A stretch of 64,000 nucleotides of DNA from the human T2T-CHM13v2.0 reference genome, Homo sapiens. Location of the stretch: assembly GCF_009914755.1 (NCBI RefSeq), contig NC_060940.1. The stretch is one strand, 5' to 3'. Under the pieces are notes generated by a model, which was not told the origin of the DNA, ran no database searches, and saw nothing but the letters and a program-made list of their open reading frames with translations. Made by a program: the position numbers and the translations under genes. This document shows positions 37,274 through 57,050 of this stretch, piece by piece; within the stretch, counting starts at the first letter, position 1, and the number at the start of each line of letters is the position of its first letter.

Positions 37274-38650
37274 AATCTATGTAACTTTTCATGGAAGGCA
37301 AATCTATAAAGAAAGCAGATCATTTGTTACTTGGGACTTGGGTAGGTGGGAGTGAGGATTTAATGCAAATAAGCAGAGGAAACTTTTTGAGATTATGTAA
37401 GTATTCAAAAACTGAATTTTTGTAATTGTTGTACAACTCTATAAATTTGCCAAAACTCATCGAAATGTGCATTTAGAATAAATAAATTTTGTGCGCTGTG
37501 TATTATACCTCAAAAAAGCTGATAAAATATAAATTGGAACAAAAGTACTGGAAAACAGTAAGTTGGGGATGAATGAGGGTGATCAAAATTAATGCATCCT
37601 TCAAGATGAAACTAGTGATTTTAATTTTACAATTAGTTTTTTAAATTACTTGTTAATTCAAGTACACATATTACATTTCAAGGGTAATTGTGAATAGAAT
37701 AGAACTAGAACATACAACTTTTAAACAAATAGAGGGGAAAAACCTTGATCAATCTAATAGAATGCATTGGGGAAAAGAATTGGAGAAATAATATGGTTAA
37801 CAGAAAGCACAATATATGATGACAGAAGTAAATATAAATTTATCCATAACCACAATAAACTTAAATCATCTAAATTAGTTAAAGACAGACACTTGAAGAC
37901 TGGATAAAAATGTGAAAATCCAGGTATAACCCGTAATAGTTAAAAACATGAAGACACAAAATTCTGAAGGTATGAGATGAGTAAATGATAAATAAAACAA
38001 ATATTAACCAATATATGGCTGATATAGCTATTTTCATATCAAAAACTATAATTTAAGACAAAAAAACATTCTGAGGAATAAAAGTCATTATGTAAAGACA
38101 TGTATGCATGTAACAATTCAACCGTAAAATATATGAAGCACAAATTGGCAGAATTACAAAGAAAAATGGCTAAATCCTCAACTTTGAAGAAACTTAAACC
38201 TCTGAGTCAATGATAATCAAAATGTAGTAAGATTATCTCAGATTTTTACCACTGTATTTAAAAAGCTTAATTTAAAGGAAATATATAGACTGCTGTATGC
38301 TCAAATTAGAGAATATATATATACTTTGAAGCCTGATAAAGTCTTAGGAGAACTGAACCTATGCTAGCCTATGAATCAAATCACAACAAATAAACAAACA
38401 TTATAACATGTGGCCTATACTCTGTAACCAAAATGCAATTTATTAGAGAAAAAAATGTAAATTTCTTTCATCTTCAAACTAAAGGCATACCTTAAATAAT
38501 TTTTCAGTCAAAGAAGACATGAAAATGAAAATCAGAAGATATTTGGATGTGAAATACTACATAACAAAACTTCTGAGATAGAGCTGAGGCAGTACTGAAA
38601 GGGTAATTTATATGTTTACATGTTTATATTGAAAAATAGGCTGAAAATTA

Positions 38651-39014
<364 letters not shown>

Positions 39015-39736
39015 CTAAATAAAATAAATTAAAGGAAATAAGGCTAAAAGTAGAAATAGACATTAATAAACTATAAAACAAAGAAACAATAGGCAAGATT
39101 CACAAAACCAAATGCTGATTCTTTGAAAAGAATAATAAAATAGGCACTCTTCTGGTAACATTGATTAATTAAAAAGAGAAGGTATAAATAAGCAATATTA
39201 GGAATAAAAAATGAAGTGTAAGATAAAATATGAGTGAAAAAATAATAAAGTGAATACTATAAATGACTATATGACAACAGTCTAAAAACATAAGTGAAAT
39301 GAACAACTTCGTTGGCTACTATAACTTATAAACACTTAGTCAAGAAGAAATGGGACACATGAATATTCATGTATCTATTTTTAAAAATTCAATCAGTAAA
39401 TACTTTCTCATAGAAAACACCCACTAGTATGAGATACTTTAATATGAAAGTTCTACCAAACATTCAAAGAACATATAAATAAGCACTATCATATCAAAAT
39501 AATTTCAGAGTATGGAAAAAGAGGGAACACCTTCAATTCATTTTGTGAGGCTAACATAAATGCAATATAAATATTTAAGATCATTATAATCCAAGAAAAT
39601 TGGAGGCCAAACTAAGCTTAGATACAAACATCTAAAATAAAATAATAGTAAATCTAGTAATGTATTCTAAAATAATTCTGGACCAGTTGGGTATCTCAGG
39701 AATAGAAGCAAACGTTTAACAGTTTGCCCAAGCAGC

Positions 39737-40049
39737 TTTTATTTTATTTTATTATTTTTAAGGAGACAAGGTCTTGCCCTGTTGCCTGGGTTGGAATAGT
39801 GGCACGATCATATATCTCACAGCATCCTTGACCTCCTGGGTTCTAGGGAACCTCTGCCTTAGCCTCCTGAGTAGCTGGGACTACAGGCACACACCACAAT
39901 GCCTAGCTAATTTTAAAATGTTTTTATTTTGTAGAGATGAAATCTCACTATGTTGCCCAAGCTAGCCTCACACTCTTGGCTTCAAATGATTCTTCCACCT
40001 TGGTGCCCCGAAGTGTTGGGATTACAGGCATCAGTCATGGCACCTGGCC
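39737..40049 (-). mobile_element. AluJ
   Basis: Diverged dimeric Alu on the minus strand. Confidence 0.85.
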
Positions 40050-40271
40050 TGAGCAGGTTTTAATAAGTCACCCCATGTTTGGAGAATTTCTAACATTATT
40101 AATACTACTTTCCCAATGCAGAAGCCAGGAACACAAGTTTTTAAACTTCCTTTGTCATGAAGGCATAGACACATGATGAACACACTGCTACTGACATTAA
40201 TTTCTGCTTTTATCTGCATAGCTGGTACCTCCAGGAAAAGGAGAGGAATGAGGTTGGAAAATAGTACATAG

Positions 40272-40581
<310 letters not shown>

Positions 40582-41477
40582 AGATAATGTTTGAATTAGA
40601 ATGTTGCATGCATAAATATGATATCTTGGATATTGAAGAGACCACATAGACAAACTATATAAAAGGAAAAGAGGAAAAGGCTCAGGTCTAAGTCCTGAGT
40701 GATATTTCATATTTAGAAGTTAGGAAAAGAAGAATGGAATATGGAAGACAAGAAAGGAAGAAGCAGTGAGGGAAGAAGAAAACCAGTAAGTAGTGCCTCA
40801 GAATTAGAAAAAAAAAAGACAAGTGTTTCAATAAGAGAGTGATCATTGGCGTCAAAAGCTGCAAAGATCTTGAATACGATGCAGACAGAAACGTTCACTG
40901 GATTTGGTTAATACACTTAGTCAGATAACAAAAAACCAGCAATTTCACCAGTTACGCTCCTTTTCATACTCCAGAGATGAAGGATAATATTCACTAGCCT
41001 ATATAATATTCTAGGTCTTGAATGTTAAATAACATAACATAGGTGATTGTGTTAAATGTCAGAATATTTAAGGAATAATTATGTTGTAATATACAGGCCA
41101 GCGTGCATTTGTTGCTTGCTGGAGTAGTCAAGTTTTATTTCTGACAAGTCTGCAGTTCCAGGGAGCCTCTCCCTGGCTGAGTAACTCTCACCCATCCATC
41201 TGTCAGGGAGAGTTTGCTGTGCATCCCAAGTATCTTAGAATTGGGTAGAAGTTTAGCTTTAATTAGTTTGACCTTGAGTCTAGCAACAGGAGAGGGAACA
41301 GGCGGTGAAGAGGTCGTGAATGATGTCCCAGCAGCAGGAGACAGGGAGTGTCATTATCATTCCTGGCCTTCTCACAGTACTCTGAATACAGAGAATGAGG
41401 AAGATTAGGGGGCCCTGTCTGCTGACTCCCTGATGATCTCAGACCCTCTCTGCTCTTTCTGGATGGTGACCTGTTAA

Positions 41478-41651
<174 letters not shown>

Positions 41652-41727
41652 TAGCATAAAATACATGGGAAGCCCTGCTGCCTGAGAGACATGAGACAGA
41701 GGACAGAAACATGTTTAGTCTGTTTAA

Positions 41728-41988
<261 letters not shown>

Positions 41989-42566
41989 TAGGCTACAACC
42001 TTTTCGATGTTACTCATGGCTGTTGGATGTACAAGCTCACTTTATGTCCTGTTCTGGTTCCACTTGGCTGTCCCAAGTCTCCAGTATGGCCTGTGTTCTT
42101 TTGAGGGCTTGTTCTGGCTCTAACCCCAGCCATGTCCACTGGTCTTCATAGGTGCGGTGCATTCCAACCATCTTCAACCTTAAATCGGGGAAGTGGGGGA
42201 GGGGGAGGAGGGCAGCCTCCATGGGGAGAATCCAGCTATTTCTTGAGCCCAAGTGACTGGGTATAAAGGGTCCCACTGCTTGTTCATTCAGGTGAGTAAA
42301 TGTGTCCTTAGTGAAGGCCGTCACCTGCACTTTTCATCTGTGTTACTGCTCTGCTCCTGCTAGGGGTTGGGGCTGCCATTATTAAATGCTGACCTCATTT
42401 GGAACTGCCAAGAGTTGGAAGTACGTTTTGGCTTTGCTGGATTAATCTTTAGTTTTGGAATTAGCTACGGCATTGGGCAGGTGTTCTGATAGATGTCTGG
42501 TCTTCTGTAATGAGCAGTTCCATTCAACACAGCCATGCCCCTTTCTATTAATTTTCTTTTGGTCTG

Positions 42567-42928
42567 TGTATTAGTCTGTTCTCACACTGCTATAAAGAAC
42601 TGCCCAAGACTGGGTAATTTATAAAGAAAGGAGGTTTAATTGACTCACAGCTCCACATGGCTGGGGAGGCCTCAGGAAACTTACAATCATGGTGGAAGGG
42701 GAAGAAGGCGTGTCTTAATGGCAGCAGGTGAGAGAGCTTGTGAAGGAAGTGAAGGGCGAAGAGCCTTTTATGAAACTGTCAGATCTCATGAGAACTCACT
42801 ATCATGAGAATAGCCTGGGGGGAACTGCCCCCATGAGACAATCACCTCTCAACAGTTCCCTTTCTCACCACCAGGATAATACAATTTGAGATGAGATTTG
42901 GGTAGGGACATAAAGCCAAACTGTATCA
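42567..42928 (-). mobile_element. MSTA/THE1-type solo LTR
   Basis: TGTATTAGTCTGTTCTCACACTGC..AAACTGTATCA. Confidence 0.88.
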
Positions 42929-44157
42929 ATCCGTTTTCTGTGGAGATGGGGGACAGAACTCGTAGCTTGAGCTAAAGGCTGTTACTTGAGCTAAATGCTG
43001 TTTCTCTGGGGATTACTGGTCCAGGAACTCCTTGGGCAATCCAGCCTCAGCCCCGTACTTCTGGGACTCTGGGAAGACTGTCCCCATTCTCTGTTCTAAT
43101 ACTCTACACCTAACAGTTTTGCTCAGGCCAGCTCAGGTTGAGAACAAGAAAAACTTAAAAAAAAAAAAAAGACAGATATATGTGTTTTGGATGTTGCGCT
43201 GGAAACTATAGTCTCCCCAGAAGAAATCTGTCAGATGATTTAGCATTTAATAGACCACACAGATTTGAAACAGTGGGACCCTGGAGGAAAGGGGTTTGGA
43301 AACAAAGGGTGCCTTTGCATGTGGGGATTTTAATTTTGATGAAAAAGAGAAACATGTCTTTTGGCTCTTTTCATGTGTCCTAATAGGGAAACTCTTGGGT
43401 CTAAATGTAGAGGTACAGGAGCTGTGTTCATCTCCAGCAAAAAAAACAGAGCTGGCCTGTTGAGCCTGGGAACAGGGTTTGCATCTGCCTGAAATTTATG
43501 AGCAAGCACAGCCCATTTTTCTTGTACTTCTTCATCTCAAAGAAAACTTATTAACAACCAAGGAGAAGGTGTAGTTCATCTCTGTTGCAGGATCTCCCTG
43601 GAATACTCTTCTAGCCACCTTTTGTTTTTGCAGTAAAAGGAGGAATGAGCATTGAATGAAGACGAGGATGAAGACTGACCATCTAAAACATCTGTTAGTG
43701 ATAGTTTGGGTTTTATTTTGGGAAAATTCAGTGTTTTCACAAAAACCAAATGGTTTTGTGGGTCTGGCGCTGGACTGAGTGTTGGGAATGTGGATTCTGG
43801 TCTCTGTTTTGTCATTAACAGAGTGCCCAGTTTTGGGAGCATCCCTTACATCTACTGTCTGCCTCGTATTTACTGCCTGAAATAGAGGATTACTTCTGTT
43901 TGCTTTCAAGGGATATTATAATTTAATTTTTATTTTATTTATTGTTGGAGACAAGGTCTTCTTCTGTTGCCCAAACTGGAGTGCACTGGTGCAATTATAG
44001 CTCACGGCAGCCTCGACCTCCTGGCCTTAAGGGATCCTCCCGCCTCAGCCTCATAAAGTGCTTGGATAATAGGCACGAGCCACTGTTCCTGGCTAATTTA
44101 ATATTTTGGAATAATTGTAGACATCATGAAGAAAATCAATGTTTATTTATTTATTGC

Positions 44158-44446
44158 CTTTTTTGAGATGGAGTCTCGCTTTTGCCTACCAGGCTGAAGT
44201 GCAATGGTGTGATCTCAACTCACTGCAACCTCCACCTCTGGGTTCAAGTGATTCTCCTGCATCAGACTCCCAAGTGGCTGGGATTACAGGTGCCTGCCAC
44301 AATGCCCAGCCCATTTTTGTATTTTTAGTAGAGATGGGGTTTCACCATGTTGGTCAGACTAGTCTCAAACTCCTGACCTCAGGTGATCCACCCACCTTGG
44401 CCTCCCAAAGTGCTGGGATTCCAGGCATGAGCCACTGCGCCTGTCC
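44158..44446 (-). mobile_element. AluSx
   Basis: Full reverse Alu. Confidence 0.92.
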
Positions 44447-44718
44447 TGATTACTTGTTTTAAATATAGGCCTGATTAGGCTTGTGACCACTCTGTTTGGC
44501 TTCACTGAAGGGCTTCCAAGAGATGGACTTTTGAGAGTGACACTGCAAGATAATTGAGATCCTAAGTAAGGCTGTGAGAGGGTGCGGAGAGGAATCCAGA
44601 TGAGCTTGCTGCTGTCAAATGGCAATGGGGAGCTACACTGAGTAACTCAAAACAGAGTGACCTCAAGTGATCTGCCCTGCCTTGGCCTCCCAAAGTGCTG
44701 GGATTACAGGTGTGAACC

Positions 44719-45815
<1,097 letters not shown>

Positions 45816-45838
45816 TCCGTGCCTGGCCTAATTTTTAA

Positions 45839-46099
<261 letters not shown>

Positions 46100-46888
46100 T
46101 GAGGCATTGGAATCAGATAACTCTGGGTCTGTATTCCGCACATGCCACCTGTGAGTGGCTGAGCTGGGCTTCTGGCCAACACTCAAAGGCCACATTCCTA
46201 TTTATAGATGTTCCTTTCACCTTGCTGAAGATGGGGAGAGCTGCACCAGACCACCTCTCAGGGTTTCCTAATGCAAATCCTTGAACCCTGCAGAAGTAAG
46301 CATCCAGAGAGGTGGGAGCTACTCGTATACACACTGTCTGTGCCCTCCTCATCTCCCGCTCCTGCAGCATGAAACAGCTGTAATGCTTTGTTATGTTTAT
46401 TGTCTCCCTTTCTCATTAGACCTGAGCTCTGGGATATTGTGGCCTTAAGTACTTCTGAAAATTTGTATGGCATCTGCTGGGTGAATTTTCCTAGGGTGCT
46501 GGGCTGGTTGTTAGGACAGCCTGGGTGACTGGCCTCATTCATGGCAGGGGCAGCAGGTGGAGAGTGGTCCCGGAAGGATTTGAGGAGCTGCACGGAGTCA
46601 GGCCCAGCCCCTGGCCCCCTGATTGTCACCTTTCTCAGGATCTGGGATGTTAATTCAGAAACTCTTGACTGCTGGAGGCTGTGATTGACCCACTGAGAGC
46701 TTTTAGGCATGTGGATGTGAGTCAGCCAGGATTGATGGAGCATTGACTGCTAATTGGACTCCTCTGGGAAGGTAGAGGGGGGCAATACATAATGCCTTCG
46801 CTGTGGGAGCTTCATCAAGGGGATGATTCTTGGAAGGACATCTTTTCCTCCCTCTTTCCACAGGGGCATGCTAGCCCTGTCATTCTAG

Positions 46889-47068
<180 letters not shown>

Positions 47069-47502
47069 TGATTAGCAAAGATGATGAAATTCAAGATTTT
47101 CCTGAGTAGCAATTGCTTAACATTGTTTCAGTTATAATGTAGTAGAAACTCTGTTTGAACTTGATTCACTCCAGCACCCTTAGATTTAAAATTGCAGGAT
47201 ATGTTTAATATCTAACACATAATAGACAGATAAGCACAGCTAGGGATTGTCATCCAAAAGGTCACCTGCAAGGCAATTTCAAAAGACTCTATTAGAGGCT
47301 CAAATATAAATTTGTTGGAAAATTAAAATTTGGGTCAGTAGTTGATTCCTTGATTACAATTTTGTTCTTTAAAGTTCTTTGTGAGTATAAGTTAATTCCA
47401 GTCCTGCTTTTTTGTTGTTGTTGTTGTTGTTGAATGGTAGCTGTCCTTTTTCCCACTGTTTTCTCCCCCCCCGATTTTTATTTTCTTGAGACAGACTCTT
47501 AG

Positions 47503-47652
<150 letters not shown>

Positions 47653-48130
47653 TGAGATGGGGTTTTGCCATGTTGGTCAGGCTTGTCTCGAACTTTTGAC
47701 CTGAAGTGACCTACCCACCTCGGCTTCCCAAAGTGCTTGGATTACAGGTGTGAGTCACCACACCCAGCCTTCCTCCCAATTTTGTATATGGGAAAACAAC
47801 TAAGGCACAAAGGTTGTCTTCCCGCAAAAGACCAAGACTTGGGGCTTCAAATGAGAGGTATTGTAGTCCTTTTAAACTTGATATTTAGAAGAGGATGATC
47901 AAGAGGAAGTTGGTTATGCTACTTGCTTTCAGTATACATCATTCAGAGGTCAGAAGCCATAAGGGAGAGAAATATCCATTAGATAAGCATGTCTGAGTTG
48001 TGGGCTGTGATGAGGACTCAGTTGTCAATGATGAAAACCAGTAATTTTTGGTACTAGAATTTCACATCAAATGCCCCCACTTTACTGGAAGTACATTGAG
48101 GAACTTTGATAATCTTAAAGAAGCCAGTGA

Positions 48131-48400
<270 letters not shown>

Positions 48401-49869
48401 TGATGGAACCTGGGCTTTGTGCTTCTGCTTGATAATCGGTTCTTTAGTTGAATGGCTTTATTATTTATTTATTTGAGACGGAGTCTCACTCTGTTGCCCA
48501 GCCTGAAGTGTAGTGGTGCAAGCTTGGCTCACTGCAACCTCTGCTTCCCAGGTTCAAGCGATTCTCGTGCCTCAGCCTCCTGAGTAGCTGGGATTACAGG
48601 TATGCGCCACCATGCCAAGCTAATTTTTATATTTTTTTGTAGAGACTGGGTTTTGCCACGTTGGCCAGCCTGGTCTTGAACTTCTGACCTCAGGTGATCC
48701 GCCTGCCTCGGTCTCTTAAAGTGCTGGGATTACACACGTGAGCCACTATGCCTAGCCTGAATGGTTTTTTTATATTTAAAGTTGTTGTGTGCCTTTCATC
48801 TGGAGCTACACCTTGGCTATCACTAGGCAGGTTTCCCAGGATGTCACCCTGGTCTCAGCCTGTGAGAGCTGAATGCAAATTCTAAGGGCCCTTGGAAAGT
48901 TCCAGGGAAAGGAGCATAGCGAGGTTGGGGGTGGAGTTTGTAGAGACTGGCTGGCTGGCTGCTGACATCTTCATGAGAACAGCAGGTACCTTGGTGCATA
49001 ATAACAGGCCAGGTTATATTCTCATCCTTGCCCTCATAAAGATACAGGTCTACAGTCTCTGAAACCTTTGGGCTAGATAAGTTGTGAAATTTAATTACCC
49101 AATTTTCGGAAGGTGGTAAGGCATATCTACTATGTGTATGTGTAGCACCCCAGTGGAGTCCTACACATGTGGAGTCCTACCCCAGTGGAGACCAAACATG
49201 TTAATATTTCCACAGCAAATATTCACAGTAAGAGGGATAGAGAAAGATTATAGGTAGTTGCATATTGACTCATATCAGTCTTTTCTTCCAAATGAGCTAC
49301 AATGACTCATTTTTGAGAGCTGTTTGGGTTTTTGAAGTGGAGATAAGGCACGGTTATGTCTTGATGACCCAATAATGACCGGGGAGGCCCTGTGCAAAGA
49401 CTTACCCTTGGCTGCTCTTGTCCTCACAGTGATTCTATGAGGTCCTCTAGCCACTGTCATGTCACAGGTGAGGAAACCAAAGTTGGAGGATGAAGGTAAC
49501 TTTTCTGATGTCGCGCAGCTGGTAAATGGCAGAGCTGGGACCCAACCCAGGTCTTTTTGACTCTAAAGCTAATGTTCCTTATTGTCCACTGAATCTGCTT
49601 TTATAACTTTGCTTGGTCGATGCTAGGACACTTTGTAGCTCACTGGCCATGCCATGAATTGAGTGCCGTGGTTCAAAGGCCACTGGTGATTCAGTCAAGG
49701 CAGGCTCGAGGGCACACAGCCATTTCCTTAGGAAATGGGGATGGTGGTTGAAAATTTCTATTAAAGGGTATATAAGCATTCTGAGACTTGGCTGGCCAGG
49801 TGTAGGGGGTTTGTTGGGAATTTAGGTGGTTTGCATGTTTAAAGGAATAAGACTGAGATTGCCAATTAG

Positions 49870-50106
<237 letters not shown>

Positions 50107-50332
50107 TGAGTAGCTGGGATTACAGCCACCTGCCACCATGCCCAGCTAATTTTTGTATTTTTAGTAGAGATGGGGTTTCACCATGTTGGTCAGACTGGTC
50201 TTGAACCCCTGACCTCAGGCAATCCACCCACCTCCCTCCCAAAGTACTGGGATTAGAGGCATGAGCTACCATGCCCGGCCGCCCTTCTCTGTTTCCAGAG
50301 CATTTTGTATTAACTCCCCCTCATGATATCTT

Positions 50333-51505
50333 CCATGGCAGGCTGAATAATGGCCCCTCCAAAGTGTCCTCAACTTAATCCCCGGAATCTGTGACTATGT
50401 TCCTTTCCATGACAAAAGGGACTTTGCAGATGTGATTAAGCATCTTGAGATGGGAACTTATCCTATGTTGCCTGTGGGCCCAGTGTCCCATCACAGTGCT
50501 TTTTTTTTTTTTTTTTTTGAGATGGAGTTTTTTGCTCTTGGTGCCCAGGCTGGAGTGCAATGATGCAATCTCGGATCACTGCAACTCCACCTCCCAAGGT
50601 TCAAGCGATTCTCTTGCCTCAGCCTTCCGAGCAGCTGGATTACAGGTGCTCGCCAACATGTCCAGCTAATTTTTGTTTTTCCAGTAGAGATGGGGTTTCA
50701 CCATGTTGGCCAGGCTAGTCTCGAACTCCTGACCTCGTGATCTGCCCACCTTGGCATCCCAAAGTGCTGGGATTATAGGCGTGAGCCACCACATCCAGCC
50801 TACAGTGCTCTTTTAAGAGGGACTCAGCAGTCAGGGGAGATGGCAATGCGATGGTGACTGAGTGTCTTAGTCTTTTTTGTATTGCTATGCAATATCTGAG
50901 GCTGGGTAATTTATAAAGAACAGGCTTATTTCTTAGAGTTCTGGAGGCTGGGAAGGTCAAGATCAAGGGGCCTGCTTCTGGTGAGGGTCTTCTTGCTGTG
51001 TCATCCCATGATGGAAGGTATCACATCAAGAGAGAAAGGGGGCTGAACTCAATACTTTTATTAGGAACCCATCCCCATGATAATTAACCCTCTGCTGAGA
51101 TAACATTATTACTCTATTAATGAGGGAAGATCTTTCATGACCTAATCTCCTCTTAAAGGTCCCACCTCTCAACAGTGTTGCATTGGGGATTAAATTTCCA
51201 ACACATGAACTTTGGGGGACACATTCAAACCATAGCACTGTGCAGAGATTGGAGTGATACGCTTTAAAAATGGAGGAAAGGGCCACAATCCAGGGAATAT
51301 AGGTAACCACTAAAAGCAGAAAAAGGCAAGAAAACGGGTTTTCCCTTCAGAACCTCCTGAAGGAATCAGTCCTTTACAACTTGACTTTAGCCAAGTGAAA
51401 CTGATTTGAGGCTTCTGAACTATAGAACAATAAGATATTAAGTCTGTGTTGTTGTAAGCCAATCAGTTCGTGGTAATTTGTTACAGCAGCCATAGAAAAC
51501 TAACT
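50333..51505 (+). mobile_element. MLT1-type LTR with a nested Alu (~50500-50800) and an MST LTR (~50863-51237)
   Basis: 'ggcaggctgaataatggccc..gactttgcagatgtgattaag' resumes after the inserts at 'gcagagattggagtgat..gttacagcagccatagaaaactaa'. Confidence 0.7.
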
Positions 51506-51616
51506 GACTCACCAATGGGAGAAATCAGCTGCTGATTGAAGGTTACCAAACATCTACTTCCTTTCCTAACGTCACTTTAATTTTATCTTGGAGGAATTCT
51601 TTTCCCTACCCCATTA

Positions 51617-51961
<345 letters not shown>

Positions 51962-53122
51962 CTACTCCCCAGCCCCACCACTGCAGAAGCTGAAGGGGTT
52001 CCTAGAGGCTTCTTCTGCCATGGAGCTGTTCCCACTGGCCCCTAGCTAGAGGTGGGTGTAGGACTTTGAAACATGAACAAATGGAGCTGGGATGGCAATG
52101 GCGGGAACAATATTGTGCTAATCTGAACTCTGCACTTCCTAACTTTGGCTCTTGGTAAATTACCTCAAATTGCTGAGCCTTTGTTTCCATATTAATAAAA
52201 TGGGTGCGGTAAGAGTACCAACCTCTTCTATGCTGTTTGGAGGAGGCAGGTCATAAGGTACCTGGCATGTGGTAGGGGATTCATGAATGTTGGCTTCTAT
52301 CATTAAGGGTGGGGGAGCCACATAAGTAGCCAGAGGGAGTCATAGAAAGTTCTTGAGCCAGAGAAGTAAGATAATCTTTTCAGCTTTTTGTGCAGCATAA
52401 AAGGCGGGTAATTTGCTTGCCTTTGACCAAGGAAATGTGGGACGTGCCAGGCCTGGGGTGAATGGTGGGAACCCAAGTAGAGGGATATTTCTCATTGGCT
52501 GAATTAACTGTGATTCCATTTTGCGGAGCAGCCAGGTTGCTTCATGGTAGACCAGCTGCATGCCTACATGATGGTGCCGTGGATAGCTCTTGTTTGTGCC
52601 AGCCCTGTATCTGATACCTCTTGTGGTAATTGCATCCCTATTTTTCAGAAGGAAGCATCCCTCCTCCCACTTTCTGGTTTTCCCCATGTCCTTCTGGAGG
52701 GGATGACCCCAACTGCTTCCTGAAGGGGCTTCATGAAAGCCAGGTCTGGCCAGGCTGGATGTGGTGATTGGCTCAGGCAGGGCATGTGGCCCAAACGGGT
52801 CCAGTGAAAGTCAGTCCTGGGACTTTGGCTGGGACTATTGGGGAACAGCCTCTGCTTTCTTGCGCAGATGTGAGTTAGGAGCTGCTCAGGCCACTATGTG
52901 GAAAGAATTGCATGAGAATGAAGTAATCAAAGGGAAGCAAGCACAGAGAGATTAGAGAGACTTATCTTGTATAAGTGCCTGTATCCAGCTATGCCTGAAG
53001 TGAGGTACCACCCCAGGCCTTTTCAGTCATGCTATCAGTTTTGTTCCTTTTTTCTGTTTTCCTCTTGGTGGAGTTATTTATTTTTTCCTTGTTACTTGAA
53101 TAAGAAAAATACGAAACTAGAA

Positions 53123-53448
<326 letters not shown>

Positions 53449-53767
53449 CAGACTAGTAAATGCAACCATTTACAAATCCCAAGAGACTCTTGAAGATTCT
53501 TTTTGTTAGTAGGGAAAACATTCTCCATTTTTCTGCCAACTTTAGGGTTTTCAGAGAAGTTTGGGGGAGAGAAAGGAAAGCAAAGAGGTGGGAAGAAAGA
53601 GTCCTTGCAACCCCAAGTTGGGCGAACTCCTCCCAGCTACTTATACCACAGGGTTTTGGGAGCAGAGCCCCTTTCATTAAACTTTCAGGATTCTTGGATG
53701 GATAGGGTGGGAATTACACCAGTGAAACTCAGCTTTGTGTGTGCCAGGCATTGGGCCCTGGGATATG

Positions 53768-55221
<1,454 letters not shown>

Positions 55222-55524
55222 TACAGTCATCATCTCCCTGAAAGCTCAGTCAACCCTGTGCAGTGCTACTGCCACACTCCCCTTTTGCACATGTAGAAAT
55301 CAAGGATCTTTGGCTCCTCTGAGTGACTTGTTCAAGGTTTCTCAGTTTCCAAGAGATGGAGACGGGACTTGAATTGAGATTTCCCTTTCTTGAGAACCTG
55401 TGGTCCTTAACCATTAAAACCACTTAAGAGATCTTCTCTCTTGATCACTACCTACTAAGTGCTAGGCGCGGTGCTGAGGCGTTCTCTTGATTATGATATT
55501 GAGTCTTTAGATTTCGGAGAAACA

Positions 55525-55817
<293 letters not shown>

Positions 55818-55899
55818 GATTTAGGAGAAACAAGTTCCAAAGCCCTGACCCTAACACGCAAGTGTTAGTGGAGATGTGGGACTTCAACTCAGCTTCTCC

Positions 55900-57050
55900 G
55901 TTGAGTCGGCTGTCTCCGGGACGCAGGCACCTGCTTGCACACCTCCACGGTGGCGATCCCGCCCCCTTAGTAGCGTCCTTAGCTGGGCACTTCTTGCAGG
56001 GAAGCTCCTCTTGGCCCAGACCCTCTTCCTAGGCCCCGCGTGGTGGGGGAAGCGAAAGGGGCAGTGTGGGGAAGTGGCCAAGGGGTCGGGTCCGGGGTGG
56101 TCTGCAGAGAGGCAGGCGGCGGTGCCCAGCCGGGAACCACGCGCTCACCCGCGGAGTCGGACGGGCCCGGCGGGGGTGGGCGAGACACTGGGAACAGCGG
56201 CCAGCTCCAGAGGGGCGAGGCGGGGCGCGCGGGGAGGGAGGGGGGCGCGGCGAACGCGCGCGTGCGCGGTTCGTGTGTGGGCCCGCGGGGGCGCGCGCGG
56301 CTGGGGGGCAGTGAGGGTCGCCTCGGCGGCGAGCAGCACGGCGGGAACATGGCGCCCGGAACTGGCGCGCGCGCCTAGCTGGCGGGACCGTTAGCTCGAG
56401 GCGGACGCGGCCCGGACCCGGTGGATGTGGAGCAGTCGCCGCTGCCGGCGCCCAAGCCGACCCCAGGGCCGACCCCCGCAAGGAGCTGAAGGAGGTGGGA
56501 GCCCCAGTCGCCGCGGGCGTCGGCGCCGGTGAGTGCGTGAGGGGCTCGGGCCGGGAGACTTTCTTTGTGAAACTCCGGCGGTGGGAGCCGGGCCGGGCCT
56601 CAGCGGCTGAGGAGTGCCTGTGAGGCGGAAGGCGTCTGGCAGTCCGGGTTCCATCCCAGCCGCTAGCCGTCAGGCGGCGGGACCTGGTCCGCCGCCTGCC
56701 TGCCTCAGTTTCCACGGGAGTGTGTGCGGGTGTGTGAGGGTGTGTATGGGTGTTGGCCTGTGCACACCGGAGGGGGGGTCGGTATACTGTCAGCGCCTAA
56801 TGCGCGCGGCGCCTCCCCCCTCCCCCCAGTCCCCGTGGGGCGGAACCTGGGGACTGGAGTCCACCGGAGTAGTAGGCGGCACCCGCGGGGAGACAGGTGT
56901 CCGCGCAGCCCGGGAGGCTCAGGTGCTACCTTTCCCTGGTGGGGTTTGTGAGGAGTGAGCTCTTCGTTCCCGGAGGCGAGCAAGTCTGTCGGTGGCTCAT
57001 CACAGAGCGCTGTTTTGGAAAGCGTTCCACCCACCTCAGCTTCGTGCTGT
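55900..57050. promoter_or_regulatory. CpG island, copy of the TTC28 promoter/exon 1 region
   Basis: Very high GC and CpG density with GC boxes (ggggcgagg, cggggcgcgcgggg), surrounding the TTC28-like exon. Confidence 0.88.
56425..56528 (+). pseudogene. TTC28: TTC28 exon 1 coding part, disabled
   Basis: From 56430 it reads EQSPLPAPKPTPGPTPARS*RRWEPQSPRASAP|gtgagt, against recalled TTC28 MEQSPPPAPEPTQGPTPARSRRRREPESPPASAP. The ATG at 56425 is out of frame by an extra TG, and there is a TGA at 56487-56489. It lies ~8 kb downstream of CHEK2, as at 22q12. Confidence 0.9.
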
